DNA of 32,000 bases from an uncultured Akkermansia sp. (GCA_964430505.1 CAYSGH010000018.1:8365-40364); one strand, 5' to 3'. Shown: positions 16,044-24,825, numbered from the stretch's first letter. Program-made: numbers and translations. Notes: generated from the sequence alone by a model not told the origin.

Positions 16044-17362
16044 ACCTCTTCCAGCTCCAAGCCCACGGCACGAACGTCCGACGCGAGGTCGTCGCGGGCA
16101 TCACCACGTTCGCGGCCATGGCCTACATCCTGGCCGTCAACCCTGGCATCCTCTCCGCTGCGGGCATGGACAAGGGGGCCGTCATCACCGCCACCGCCCT
16201 CGCGTCCGCCCTGATGACGGTGCTCATGGCCCTGTTCACCAACTATCCCATCGCCCTCGCGCCGGGCATGGGCATCAACGCCTTCTTTGCGTTCTCCGTT
16301 TGCGGGGCCATGAAGGTGCCATGGCAGGCCGCCCTGGGCTTGGTCTTCTACTCCGGCCTCGTGTTCTTCCTTCTCTCCGTCACGGGCGTCCGGCAACGCC
16401 TGCTGGCGGCCATCCCGCGCGACCTCAAGATCGCCATCACCTGCGGCATTGGCCTGTTCATTGCCTTCATCGGCCTCAAGAACGGGGGCGTCATCGGTTC
16501 CAGCCCCGCCACCTTCGTCACCCTCGGCAACCTCCAGTCCCCAACACCGTGGCTCGCCCTCGGCGGACTCCTCCTCACGGCCATCCTCGTCCAACGCAAG
16601 GTCCCGGGGGCCATCCTCCTCGGCATCGCCGCCGTCACGTTGCTCGGCCTCTTCATCTCCACGACCGCACCCGACGGGTCCGCTTCCACCATCACCGCCT
16701 CGCCCAAGGCCATCGTCGCCCTCCCCGCATCCCTGTCCCCCACCTTCCTCAAGCTCGACCTTGCCTACTTCTGGCAACACCCGCGCGAATCCATCCCCAT
16801 CGTCCTCGCGCTCCTCTTCGTCGATCTCTTCGACAACATGGGAACCCTCATCGGCGTCTGTCATCGCGCCGGGCTCCTCGATGCCCAGGGCAACCTCCCA
16901 CGCATCGGGCGCGCCTTGGCCGCCGACGCCACCGCCGCCATGGCGGGCTCCACCCTCGGCACCTCCACCGTCACGAGCTACATCGAGTCCGCCGCCGGGG
17001 TCGAGGCGGGCGGCCGGACCGGCCTGACGGCCCTTGCCACGGCCGCGTGCTTCCTCCTCGCCCTCTTCCTGAACCCCCTCATCTCCATCATCCCCGCCGT
17101 CGCCACCGCCCCCGCTTTGGTCATCGTCGGCGTCTTCATGATGCAATCCATCGCCGAGATCGACCTGCGCGACTTCACGCGGGCGCTTCCCGCCGTGCTC
17201 ACCCTCCTGGCCATGCCCCTTGCCTTCAGCATCGCCGAGGGCATCGCCATCGGCATCGCCGTCCATGTCCTGTTCAACGCCGGCATTGGACGCGCCCGCT
17301 CCATCACCCCCGTGGCGTGGCTCCTCGCCGTCCTGTGCATCGCGCACCTGTATTTTCGATGA
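16040..17362 (+). CDS. AzgA/NCS2-type adenine/guanine/hypoxanthine permease
   Basis: REVVAGITTFAAMAYILAVNPGILSAAGMDKGAVITATALASALMTVLMALFTNYPIALAPGMGINAFFAFSV…IPRDLKIAITCGIGLFIAFIGLKNGGVI…LFVDLFDNMGTLIGV. Multiple TM helices. ATGA overlap with the upstream gene. Confidence 0.95.
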   Translation: MNLFQLQAHGTNVRREVVAGITTFAAMAYILAVNPGILSAAGMDKGAVITATALASALMTVLMALFTNYPIALAPGMGINAFFAFSVCGAMKVPWQAALGLVFYSGLVFFLLSVTGVRQRLLAAIPRDLKIAITCGIGLFIAFIGLKNGGVIGSSPATFVTLGNLQSPTPWLALGGLLLTAILVQRKVPGAILLGIAAVTLLGLFISTTAPDGSASTITASPKAIVALPASLSPTFLKLDLAYFWQHPRESIPIVLALLFVDLFDNMGTLIGVCHRAGLLDAQGNLPRIGRALAADATAAMAGSTLGTSTVTSYIESAAGVEAGGRTGLTALATAACFLLALFLNPLISIIPAVATAPALVIVGVFMMQSIAEIDLRDFTRALPAVLTLLAMPLAFSIAEGIAIGIAVHVLFNAGIGRARSITPVAWLLAVLCIAHLYFR

Positions 17363-17440
17363 GCGACGGGCGAGGGGCGGGAAGCGGGGGGCGGGAGGCG
17401 GGGGGCGGGGGGCGGGGAACGAGGAGCGAGGATCGGGACG
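17361..17440 (+). repeat. G-rich degenerate heptamer tract (GCGGGAG/GCGGGGG type), potential G-quadruplex
   Basis: Sequence gcgggaagcggggggcgggaggcggggggcggggggcggggaacgaggagcgaggatcgggacg. Confidence 0.8.
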
Positions 17441-17478
17441 TGAAAGGGTTCATGAGGAGCGTTCTATCAGGGTGCTTG

Positions 17479-17501
17479 CACGCCGGCTGGAGCCGGCCGT
17501 G
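17479..17501 (+). other. Intergenic hairpin GCCGGC-TGGA-GCCGGC with flanking CAC/GTG
   Basis: Arms 17482-17487 and 17492-17497, in the gap before the nucleosidase-like gene. Confidence 0.4.
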
Positions 17502-17588
17502 GTCCAGGGCGCATGTTGGACGTGGCGGCGCCGATGGTAGGAAGGATGCGCATTTCAACGGCCCCGAGACGGCCCAGCGACGGCCCTG

Positions 17589-17623
17589 CCGCTCGCCGCT
17601 CACCGCTCACCGCTCACCGCTCG
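17589..17623 (+). repeat. Five tandem heptamers CCGCTC(A/G) ending 2 nt before a start codon
   Basis: ccgctcg ccgctca ccgctca ccgctca ccgctcg followed by tc-ATG (17626). Confidence 0.85.
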
Positions 17624-17625
17624 TC

Positions 17626-18540
17626 ATGAACCCACTCCTACTTCTTCTGTCCATCGCGTTCCTCGCCTTGGGTTGCTCGGTACGTGCCGTCCCTCGGACG
17701 CGTTTTGTGGCGGTCATGGGGGCCTACAGCCCCGAGATGCAGGCCAATCGCGCCGCCATCGCGGGCAACCGTGCCCCGCTTCATGTCTGGAACCACAACG
17801 GCGTCCGCTTCGAGCACCATCGCCTGGATGGGCTGGACGTGCTGCTGTTCTCGTCCGGGGTCAGCATGGTGAACGCCGCGATGACGACGCAGCTCGCCCT
17901 GGAACGCTTCCACGTCACGCACGTCCTGTTTGCGGGCGTGGCCGGTGGCATCGATCCCGCGCGGCGCATCGGTGACGTCGTGATTCCCGAGCACTGGTTT
18001 CATCACAGCGAGGCCGTGTATGCGAACCCGCGCGCGGACGGTCCCGGGCACGTCCTGCCCTCGTACTTCAAGCCGCCCTACGAGAACTTTGGGTTCATCT
18101 ACCCGGACAATGTCAGCGTCATCCGGTCCGGCATGGACCAGCCCGCCGACGTGCCGTCGTTCCCGGCGGATTCCCGCTTGCTGGGCCTGGCGCGCGCCGC
18201 CATCGCGGATGTCCCGCCCCTGCGCTGGTCCACCAACACGGCCGCCCTCCAGGTCGGCGGGGCGGGCATTTCCGGGCCTGTGTTCATGGACAACCGGGAA
18301 TACCGCCGCTGGGCCTTCCGGGTGTGGAAGGCGGGCTGCCTTGACATGGAATCGACGGCGATCGCCCAGGTTTGCTGGGCCAACCAGAAGCCGTTTCTCG
18401 TGATCCGCAGCCTGAGCGACCTCGCAGGGGGGCAGGAGGGGATCAACGCCGCCGACACCACGGAGGTTCCCATCGCCACGCACGCCGCCGTGGTGCTTCG
18501 CGCCGTCCTGGCCCGGCTGGCCGCGTCGCCGTCGCCCTGA
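17626..18540 (+). CDS. MTA/SAH nucleosidase-like (PNP_UDP fold) exported protein, possible lipoprotein
   Basis: MNPLLLLLSIAFLALGC…; RFVAVMGAYSPEMQA…VLLFSSGVSMVNAAMTTQLALERFHVTHVLFAGVAGGIDPARRIGDVVIP…CLDMESTAIAQVCWANQKPFLVIRSLSDLAGG. Confidence 0.85.
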   Translation: MNPLLLLLSIAFLALGCSVRAVPRTRFVAVMGAYSPEMQANRAAIAGNRAPLHVWNHNGVRFEHHRLDGLDVLLFSSGVSMVNAAMTTQLALERFHVTHVLFAGVAGGIDPARRIGDVVIPEHWFHHSEAVYANPRADGPGHVLPSYFKPPYENFGFIYPDNVSVIRSGMDQPADVPSFPADSRLLGLARAAIADVPPLRWSTNTAALQVGGAGISGPVFMDNREYRRWAFRVWKAGCLDMESTAIAQVCWANQKPFLVIRSLSDLAGGQEGINAADTTEVPIATHAAVVLRAVLARLAASPSP

Positions 18541-18550
18541 GTCAACGACC

Positions 18551-18573
18551 GCGCCTCCTCGTGCTGGAGGCGC
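18551..18573. terminator. Hairpin between convergent genes (GCGCCTCC-N7-GGAGGCGC)
   Basis: Perfect 8-bp arms between stops at 18540 (+) and 18585 (-). Confidence 0.45.
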
Positions 18574-18584
18574 CACCCCGCCCG

Positions 18585-19313
18585 TCAGGGAAGCGGATGT
18601 CCCAGCAGCCGCTCGGCCAAGTCGCCCAGGTCCTCCAAGGGCGCATGGCCCGCCGCGAGGTCCGGCACCAGCGACAGCACCGCCACGCAACCCGCCAAAA
18701 CCCCCGCGCGCGCATCCGCAGCGGACCCCGCGACCTTCACCACGCGTGCCCCGGTGCCCAGGTTGCATCGCCTGCGCGCCTCCTCCACTTGCCCAGGGCC
18801 AGGCCGGGGCACCAGCACCTCGTCCGCCCCCACCAGCGCATCCACCTTCCCGGGGCCACTCCATCCCACGGCGCGGATGAACGCCGCCGCCACGTCCCCG
18901 TCGAGTTCCGTGTCGATGGCGACTTGGATGCCCTGGGCGCCCAATTCCGCCATCAGCGTCTCGGCGCCAGGTTGGACACGGAGGTTGCCGGCCAACTTCA
19001 CGGACTCCATGAGCCGCATGCGAAAGTCCTCATGGACCGCCGTCACCAACGGGCGCACGACGTCCGGCGCAAGTCGTGTCTCGCCCGTCACCCACTCCTG
19101 CAAGGCCGCACGCGTGGGCAACTCCGCCAATCGAGCCACGTCGTGGTCGCCGGCGGGGAGGTCTGCGTCGGACAAGGCCGCCGCAAGGCAGGCCCGCACC
19201 CGTTCTCGTTCCGGGCACAACCCGCCGAGGAGATCGATGACGACCAGGTCGGGATTCCGGATGGAATCCGCGACGGAACGCCCTGCGGCGTCATGGGGGA
19301 CAACGGCATGCAT
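18585..19313 (-). CDS. HAD-superfamily, phosphonoacetaldehyde hydrolase-like protein with altered motif I
   Basis: VVIDLLGGLC in place of the usual FDWAGT-type motif; VHEDFRMRL, LVGADEVLVPRPGPGQVEEA, VVKVAGSAADARAGVLAG resemble phosphonatase-type HAD motifs. Confidence 0.45.
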   Translation of the reverse strand: MHAVVPHDAAGRSVADSIRNPDLVVIDLLGGLCPERERVRACLAAALSDADLPAGDHDVARLAELPTRAALQEWVTGETRLAPDVVRPLVTAVHEDFRMRLMESVKLAGNLRVQPGAETLMAELGAQGIQVAIDTELDGDVAAAFIRAVGWSGPGKVDALVGADEVLVPRPGPGQVEEARRRCNLGTGARVVKVAGSAADARAGVLAGCVAVLSLVPDLAAGHAPLEDLGDLAERLLGHPLP

Positions 19314-19462
19314 GATGAGGGACGCCCGTGGGGCATCGGATGTATTCCCGTCATGCTAGCTTCCCGGCCGCTCCCCCGAGCAAAGGTTGCGTGGCCTTTC
19401 GGTGACAAAACGGGAACGGGCCGTCGTTGCGCGCGGGCCGCCGGGTATGGACGAATAGGCGC

Positions 19463-21154
19463 GTGAAACGACGTGACTTCATCCTGCGGACTTCGAGCGC
19501 CTCCGTGGCGTGGCTTGCCGCGATGCGTGCCTCGGCGGCGATGGGGCGCGAGGTCGTGGCCGACCTGGTGATCGTGGGCGGCGGGGTGGGGGGCTGCGCG
19601 GCCGCCCTCGCCGCGTGCCGTGCCGGGCTCCGTGTGGTGCTGACCGAGGAGACCGACTGGCTCGGCGGCCAACTCACGGCGCAGGCCGTCCCTCCCGACG
19701 AGCACCCGTGGATCGAGTCCCATGGTTGCACGGCGTCGTACCGCCGGTTTCGCGAGGGCGTGAGGCAGTTCTACCGGGAGCACTTCCCGTTGCTGCCCGG
19801 TCCCCGGGCCGACGCGCGACTGAACCCCGGCAACGGATGGGTCTCACGCCTCTGCCACGAGCCCAGGGTCGCGCTCGCCGTCTTGCAGCAGATGCTGGCC
19901 CCGCACGTGGCCTCCGGCCGTCTTCGCGTCCTGCTGCGGACGCGTCCGGTCGCCGCGGAGAGCGACGGGGACCGCGTCCGCGCGGTGACGGTGGAGACGG
20001 AGGGTGACAGCCGTCGGGCGTTGGTGGCCCCGTGGTTCGTGGACGCGACCGAGCTGGGCGACCTGTTGCCGTTGGCGGGGGTGGAGCATGTGGTGGGCGC
20101 GGAGTCGCGGGCCGAGACGGGCGAGGATCATGCGCCGGAGCAAGCGGACCCGATGGACCAGCAGGCGCTGACGTGGTGCTTCGCCGTGGACCACTGCGAG
20201 GGCGAGGATCACGTGATCCCCCGGCCGGAGCGCTGGTCCTTTTGGCGCGACTACGTGCCTGCGATGAGCCCGGCATGGCCGGGGCGGTTGTTGTCCTGGG
20301 AATGCTCGCATCCCATCACGCTCAAGCCGCGTTCGTTCGCGTTTGACCCCACGGGCCGCGCAGCCGGGTACAACCTTTTCACGTATCGTCGCATCGCCGA
20401 CGCGGCGCAGTTTGCGACGGGCACCTACCGCTCCGGCATCTCCCTCGTCAACTGGCCCCAGAACGACTACTGGCTCGCCCCGATCGTCGGGCCCGGCGTG
20501 ACCCCGGCGCAGGTGGCGGAACGGCTCCGCGACGCGCGGCAACTCAGCCTGTGCCTCCTGTACTGGATGCAAACGGAGGCCCCGCGCCCCGACGGCGGCA
20601 CGGGCTGGAAGGGCCTGCGGCTGCGGGACGACGTGGGCGACGGGCCGGATGGTCTCGCCAAGGCGGTGTACGTGCGCGAGGCGCGCCGGATTCGGGCCGA
20701 GTTCACCGTCACCGAGCGCCACGTCGGCGAGGAGGCGCGCATCCGCGAGACCGGCAAGCCCAAGGAGGACGTGGTGGCGACGCCCTTCCCGGATTCCGTG
20801 GGCGTGGGGGCCTACCGGATCGACCTGCATCCCTCGACGTCGGGCCGGAACTACGTGGACCTGGGCTCGTTGCCGTTCCAGGTGCCGCTGGGGGCGTTGA
20901 TCCCGCGGCGCGTGGAGAACGTCCTCGCCGGCGGCAAGAACCTCGGCGTGACGCACATCACCAACGGCTGCTACCGGCTGCACCCGGTCGAGTGGAACAT
21001 CGGCGAGGCGGCGGGCGCGCTGGCGGCATTCTGCAAGGCGCGCAACGTTGCCCCCCGCGCCGTGCGCAACCAACCCAAGGTCCTCGCGGACTTCCAGCAA
21101 CGGATTCGAAGCGACGGCTTCGAGACCGAATGGCCGCGCACCCGGCCGTTGTGA
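19463..21154 (+). CDS. FAD-dependent oxidoreductase with Tat-like signal
   Basis: KRRDFILRTSSASVAWLAAMRASA (twin-arginine-like), VVADLVIVGGGVGGCAAALAACRAGLRVVLTEETDWLGGQLT, WFVDATELGDLLPLAG, C-terminal VLAGGKNLGVTHITNGCYRLHPVEWNIGEAAGALAAF. GTG start assumed at 19463. Confidence 0.85.
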   Translation: MKRRDFILRTSSASVAWLAAMRASAAMGREVVADLVIVGGGVGGCAAALAACRAGLRVVLTEETDWLGGQLTAQAVPPDEHPWIESHGCTASYRRFREGVRQFYREHFPLLPGPRADARLNPGNGWVSRLCHEPRVALAVLQQMLAPHVASGRLRVLLRTRPVAAESDGDRVRAVTVETEGDSRRALVAPWFVDATELGDLLPLAGVEHVVGAESRAETGEDHAPEQADPMDQQALTWCFAVDHCEGEDHVIPRPERWSFWRDYVPAMSPAWPGRLLSWECSHPITLKPRSFAFDPTGRAAGYNLFTYRRIADAAQFATGTYRSGISLVNWPQNDYWLAPIVGPGVTPAQVAERLRDARQLSLCLLYWMQTEAPRPDGGTGWKGLRLRDDVGDGPDGLAKAVYVREARRIRAEFTVTERHVGEEARIRETGKPKEDVVATPFPDSVGVGAYRIDLHPSTSGRNYVDLGSLPFQVPLGALIPRRVENVLAGGKNLGVTHITNGCYRLHPVEWNIGEAAGALAAFCKARNVAPRAVRNQPKVLADFQQRIRSDGFETEWPRTRPL

Positions 21155-21209
21155 AACCCGCCCAAGGCCGCGCTTTGCCACCCCGCCGGTCGTCGGTAGC
21201 CTGACGCGC

Positions 21210-22277
21210 ATGGCAATGGAACTCCGGGACTCGCACGGCCGGGTGATGCGCGACCTGCGGGTCAGCGTCACCGACCGTTGCAACTTTCGGTGTTTGTACT
21301 GCCTCCCGGAGACGGAGGAGGCCGCCAACTTCTACCGCACGCGCTGGGCCGGCGCGCCCGGTGGCCTCCCCGCCACCCGGCCCATCGCCTACGAATGGAA
21401 GCCCCGCGCCGAGCTGCTCTCCTACGAGGAGATCGAGCGCGTCGTCCGCGTGGCCGCCGCCCTCGGCATCGACAAGGTCCGCGTCACGGGCGGCGAGCCC
21501 CTCCTTCGCCAGGGGGTCGAGGGCCTCGTTGGAAGCCTCGCCCGCATCCCGGGCGTCCGCGACCTCGCCATGACCACCAACGGATTCCTTTTCCCGTCCA
21601 AGGCGCAGGCCCTTCGGGAGGCCGGGCTGCACCGGGTCAGCTTCAGCATGGACTCGCTGGATCCTGCCAACTTCCGCCGCATGACGGGGCGCGACGGGCT
21701 CTCGGGCGTCCTCGAAGGAATCCAGCTCGCGCGGCGCCTGGGCTTCGCGCCCATCAAGGTCAACGCCGTCGTCATTCGCGGCATGAACGACCATGAGGTG
21801 GAGGACCTCGCCGCGTTCGCCCACGAGCATGACCTCTCCATGCGGTTCATCGAGTTCATGCCCCTCGACTCCAGCCGCGCATGGCAACGCGACCTCGTCG
21901 TCCCGGGCTCCGAGATCCTCCGTCGCCTCAACGCCCGTTGGAGCCTCGTCCGCGTCGAGGCCCCCGACCGCCCCAGCGAGACGGCGCGCCGATGGCGGTT
22001 CCCGGATGGCCGTGGCGAGATCGGTGTCATTGCGCCCGTCAGCGAGCCTTTCTGCGGCCACTGCAACCGGATCCGCCTCACCGCCGACGGCAAGGTCCGA
22101 ACCTGCCTGTTCAGCCTTGTTGAGCACGACCTGCGCCCCCTGCTTCGCGGCGGGGCCTCGGATGACGACCTGGCGCTCCGCCTGGTGGAGATCGTCCGCG
22201 GGAAGGAGGCCGGGCATCGCATCGGGAAGCCGGACTTTGTCCAGCCCGCCCGCACCATGAGCTGCATCGGTGGCTGA
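21210..22277 (+). CDS. moaA: GTP 3',8-cyclase (molybdenum cofactor biosynthesis protein A), radical SAM
   Basis: DRCNFRCLYC cluster motif, VRVTGGEPLLR, FCGHCNRIRLTADGKVRTCLF second cluster, C-terminal GG. Confidence 0.93.
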   Translation: MAMELRDSHGRVMRDLRVSVTDRCNFRCLYCLPETEEAANFYRTRWAGAPGGLPATRPIAYEWKPRAELLSYEEIERVVRVAAALGIDKVRVTGGEPLLRQGVEGLVGSLARIPGVRDLAMTTNGFLFPSKAQALREAGLHRVSFSMDSLDPANFRRMTGRDGLSGVLEGIQLARRLGFAPIKVNAVVIRGMNDHEVEDLAAFAHEHDLSMRFIEFMPLDSSRAWQRDLVVPGSEILRRLNARWSLVRVEAPDRPSETARRWRFPDGRGEIGVIAPVSEPFCGHCNRIRLTADGKVRTCLFSLVEHDLRPLLRGGASDDDLALRLVEIVRGKEAGHRIGKPDFVQPARTMSCIGG

Positions 22278-22411
22278 CACCGGGCCTGTTCCACGAAAAG
22301 AGCCGGAGGCCGAGGGCTCCCGCCGTCGTCACCGGGACCAGGACCAGCTGCGGGTTGAGCGGACTTGCGGCGCGACGGGGCGGGGGAGGACGGCCGGGAC
22401 TCCCGACAGGG

Positions 22412-23902
22412 CTACCGTCCCTGGACCCAGCGCAGCAGCTCGATGAGGCGCGGCGGCTGGCCCGTGCGCAGGATGGCCAGGCGGAAGATGCGCCCGCAGG
22501 CCCAAAGCAGGAACACGTCGAAGGCCACCAACAGCACGCCCGTCCCGACCACGTCCAGCCACGGGGGGGACGCCGCGATGCGGTTCATCATGACGAACGG
22601 CGTGTAGATCGGGATCCACGACGTCACGGTCGCGATCGGGCCGTTGGGATCCCTCGGGATGAAGGGCATCAGGAACATCGGGACCATCAGCACGATCATC
22701 ACCGGGCCCATGAGGTTCTGGGCGTCCTTCAGCGTGTTGCACAACGAACCGATGGTGAGGAACACGGTGGCATAGGCGATGTAGCCCAGGACGAAGTAGC
22801 CTCCGAAGGCCGGGAGCAACCAGCTCGAACGCAGGAGACCGGCCACGTCGGCCGCGATGTTGCCCGCCCCGCCGGACGCCGCCCCGGCGGGAAGGAAGAG
22901 GGAGGCCACGATGCCCATGCCAAAGATGGAGCCCACCCACGCCAGCATCATCACCCCGCCGGTCATCATCACCCCGAGCAGCTTCCCGAGCATCAGCTCG
23001 TGCGGCGTCACGCTCGACAGCAACACCTCGATGATGCGGTTCGACTTCTCCTCGATCACCGAGTTCAGGAGCATCTGGGACACCGCGAAGATCGACACCC
23101 ACAGCAGGTACACGAAGAAGCTCGGCGCCCATTGGCGGATGCGGTCCTTCATCCCCACGCGCTCGTCCCCCGCCGCCTTGCGCGGGTCCAGCTCCGTCAC
23201 CGGCGCCCGCCGCGCCTCCACGCGCGCCACGATGGCCGGGTCCACGCCCAGCGACCGGTATTCGCGCCCCTGCAGCTCCTCGGTGACGATGCGTTGCAAC
23301 GTGTCGCGCAGCCCCGTGTCCGCCTGGTTCTCGCCCCAGTACCGGATGGCCGACGCCGGGCCGTTCGTGGCCCCGAGGCCGCGCGGGATGATCACGGCGG
23401 CGAAGAGCTTGGGCGTGGGCGAGGCCTCGGTGCGCGGCAGCGTGCGTTCCCCCCGAAGCCATGGCCGCAACTGGGCCTCCAGGAGCGTCGGCTCGGCCGT
23501 GCCATCCACGCCCTCCGGCAAGGGAACCTCGAGCCATGCGGGCCGTGACGTTTTCCCCGGGACGGATGGCGCGTCGCTGGTCGCGGCCGCGTCCGGGCCC
23601 GAAGCAGCCTCCAACGCCTCGGCTGCGCCCGGGTTGTTGGCGGCTTGCGCCATGGCGCGCCGCGCCTCGTCCAGCTCGCCTTGCCGGCGCCGGGCCAGTT
23701 CCTTGCGGATGATGGGCGCGAACGACCCGTCCTGGTCCACGAGGACGAAGTGCCGCGTCGAGACCCCCTTGGCCATGAGCAACGCCGGCACCGTCGATGC
23801 CACCGCGATGATCAACGGGAACAGCAGGATCCCAATCCAGAACCCCTTGGTCCGGGCGTTCTCCATGAACTCGCGCCAACCCACCCGCCACACGTACTTC
23901 AT
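22412..23902 (-). CDS. ABC-2 type transporter permease (NatB-like)
   Basis: N-terminal VWRVGWREFMENARTKGFWIGILLFPLIIAV, FVYLLWVSIFAVSQMLLNSVIEEKSNRIIEVLLSSVTPHELMLGKLLGV, several TM helices. Stop overlaps upstream gene context (ATGA). Confidence 0.9.
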   Translation of the reverse strand: MKYVWRVGWREFMENARTKGFWIGILLFPLIIAVASTVPALLMAKGVSTRHFVLVDQDGSFAPIIRKELARRRQGELDEARRAMAQAANNPGAAEALEAASGPDAAATSDAPSVPGKTSRPAWLEVPLPEGVDGTAEPTLLEAQLRPWLRGERTLPRTEASPTPKLFAAVIIPRGLGATNGPASAIRYWGENQADTGLRDTLQRIVTEELQGREYRSLGVDPAIVARVEARRAPVTELDPRKAAGDERVGMKDRIRQWAPSFFVYLLWVSIFAVSQMLLNSVIEEKSNRIIEVLLSSVTPHELMLGKLLGVMMTGGVMMLAWVGSIFGMGIVASLFLPAGAASGGAGNIAADVAGLLRSSWLLPAFGGYFVLGYIAYATVFLTIGSLCNTLKDAQNLMGPVMIVLMVPMFLMPFIPRDPNGPIATVTSWIPIYTPFVMMNRIAASPPWLDVVGTGVLLVAFDVFLLWACGRIFRLAILRTGQPPRLIELLRWVQGR

Positions 23903-24825
23903 CGAAAGCTCGCCTCCCGGGCCGAAGGCCCCACCAACGCCATGAACACGTCGTGCAGGCTCGGCTCGGCCGCGTCGAACGAACGCAGCCGGATGGACCG
24001 CTCAAAGCAGGCCCTCAGCACGTCCTGCGGGTCCGCCCGCTCCGCCAACGTCACCTGCCACCGCGCCGGCCCCGTCGCGTGAAGCCCCGCCACGCCCGCC
24101 AGTCCCGCCAGCGCGCCGGGGTCGTCGTCGGTCTCGATCTTCACCACGCGCGGCACCACCCGGCGCGCCTCGGGCACGGTGCCGTCAAACAAGGCGCGGC
24201 CGCGGGCGATGATGACGAGGCGGTCGCACAGCCGCTCCGCATGCTGCATCACGTGGGTGCTGAACAACACGGTCCGCCCACGCGCCCGCAGGTCCTGCAC
24301 GATTTCCTCGAGCACGCCTTGGTTGACGGGGTCGAGCCCCGAGAAGGGCTCGTCCAGGATCACGAGTTCCGGGTCATGCGCGATGCTGGCCAGCACCTGG
24401 ACCTTTTGGCCCATGCCCTTGGACAGGGCCTCCGTCCGGGCCTCCGCGAAGTCCTTGAGCCCGTATCGTTCGAGCAGCTCGAACGCACGCCGCCGCGCGT
24501 CCAGGCGGGACATCCCCTTCAGCCCGGCAAAGTACGCGATCACGGACCAGGCCTTCATCTTCTTGTAGAGGCCCTTTTCCTCCGGCAGGTAGCCGACCCG
24601 CCCGCGCACTTCCAAGGCCGATGCCGCCCCTAGCACCCGGATCGTTCCCGACGTCGGCCGGAGGATGTCGAGGATCATGCGCAGGGTTGTCGTCTTGCCG
24701 GCGCCATTCGGGCCAAGGAAGCCGTAGATGCAGCCCCGTGGCACCCGTAGGGACAGGCCATCCACGGCGGTGAAGTCGCCATATCGCTTCGTGACCGTGT
24801 CCAATTCCAGAGCGGGCCCGTCCAT
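23899..24825 (-). CDS. ABC transporter ATP-binding protein (NatA-like)
   Basis: Walker A GFLGPNGAGKTTTLRM, signature LSKGMGQKVQVLASIAHDPELVILDEPFSGLDPVN, H-loop FSTHVMQHAE. The track start is 24843. Confidence 0.93.
   Translation of the reverse strand: MDGPALELDTVTKRYGDFTAVDGLSLRVPRGCIYGFLGPNGAGKTTTLRMILDILRPTSGTIRVLGAASALEVRGRVGYLPEEKGLYKKMKAWSVIAYFAGLKGMSRLDARRRAFELLERYGLKDFAEARTEALSKGMGQKVQVLASIAHDPELVILDEPFSGLDPVNQGVLEEIVQDLRARGRTVLFSTHVMQHAERLCDRLVIIARGRALFDGTVPEARRVVPRVVKIETDDDPGALAGLAGVAGLHATGPARWQVTLAERADPQDVLRACFERSIRLRSFDAAEPSLHDVFMALVGPSAREASFR

Noticed and set aside
17589-17623. CRISPR array
   Set aside because: Units are contiguous 7-mers without spacers; no cas genes nearby.
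17304-17625. Extended N-terminus of the nucleosidase-like ORF starting at 17304
   Set aside because: It would run through the permease end and the repeat-rich gap. A signal-peptide-like start at 17626 fits much better.
19844-22280. Long minus-strand ORFs (494 aa and 440 aa) over the oxidoreductase and moaA
   Set aside because: Antisense artefacts; the sense strand encodes conserved FAD oxidoreductase and MoaA motifs.
22355-23548. 397-aa plus-strand ORF over the ABC-2 permease
   Set aside because: His/Arg/Gln-rich shadow translation; the opposite strand encodes an evident ABC-2 permease.
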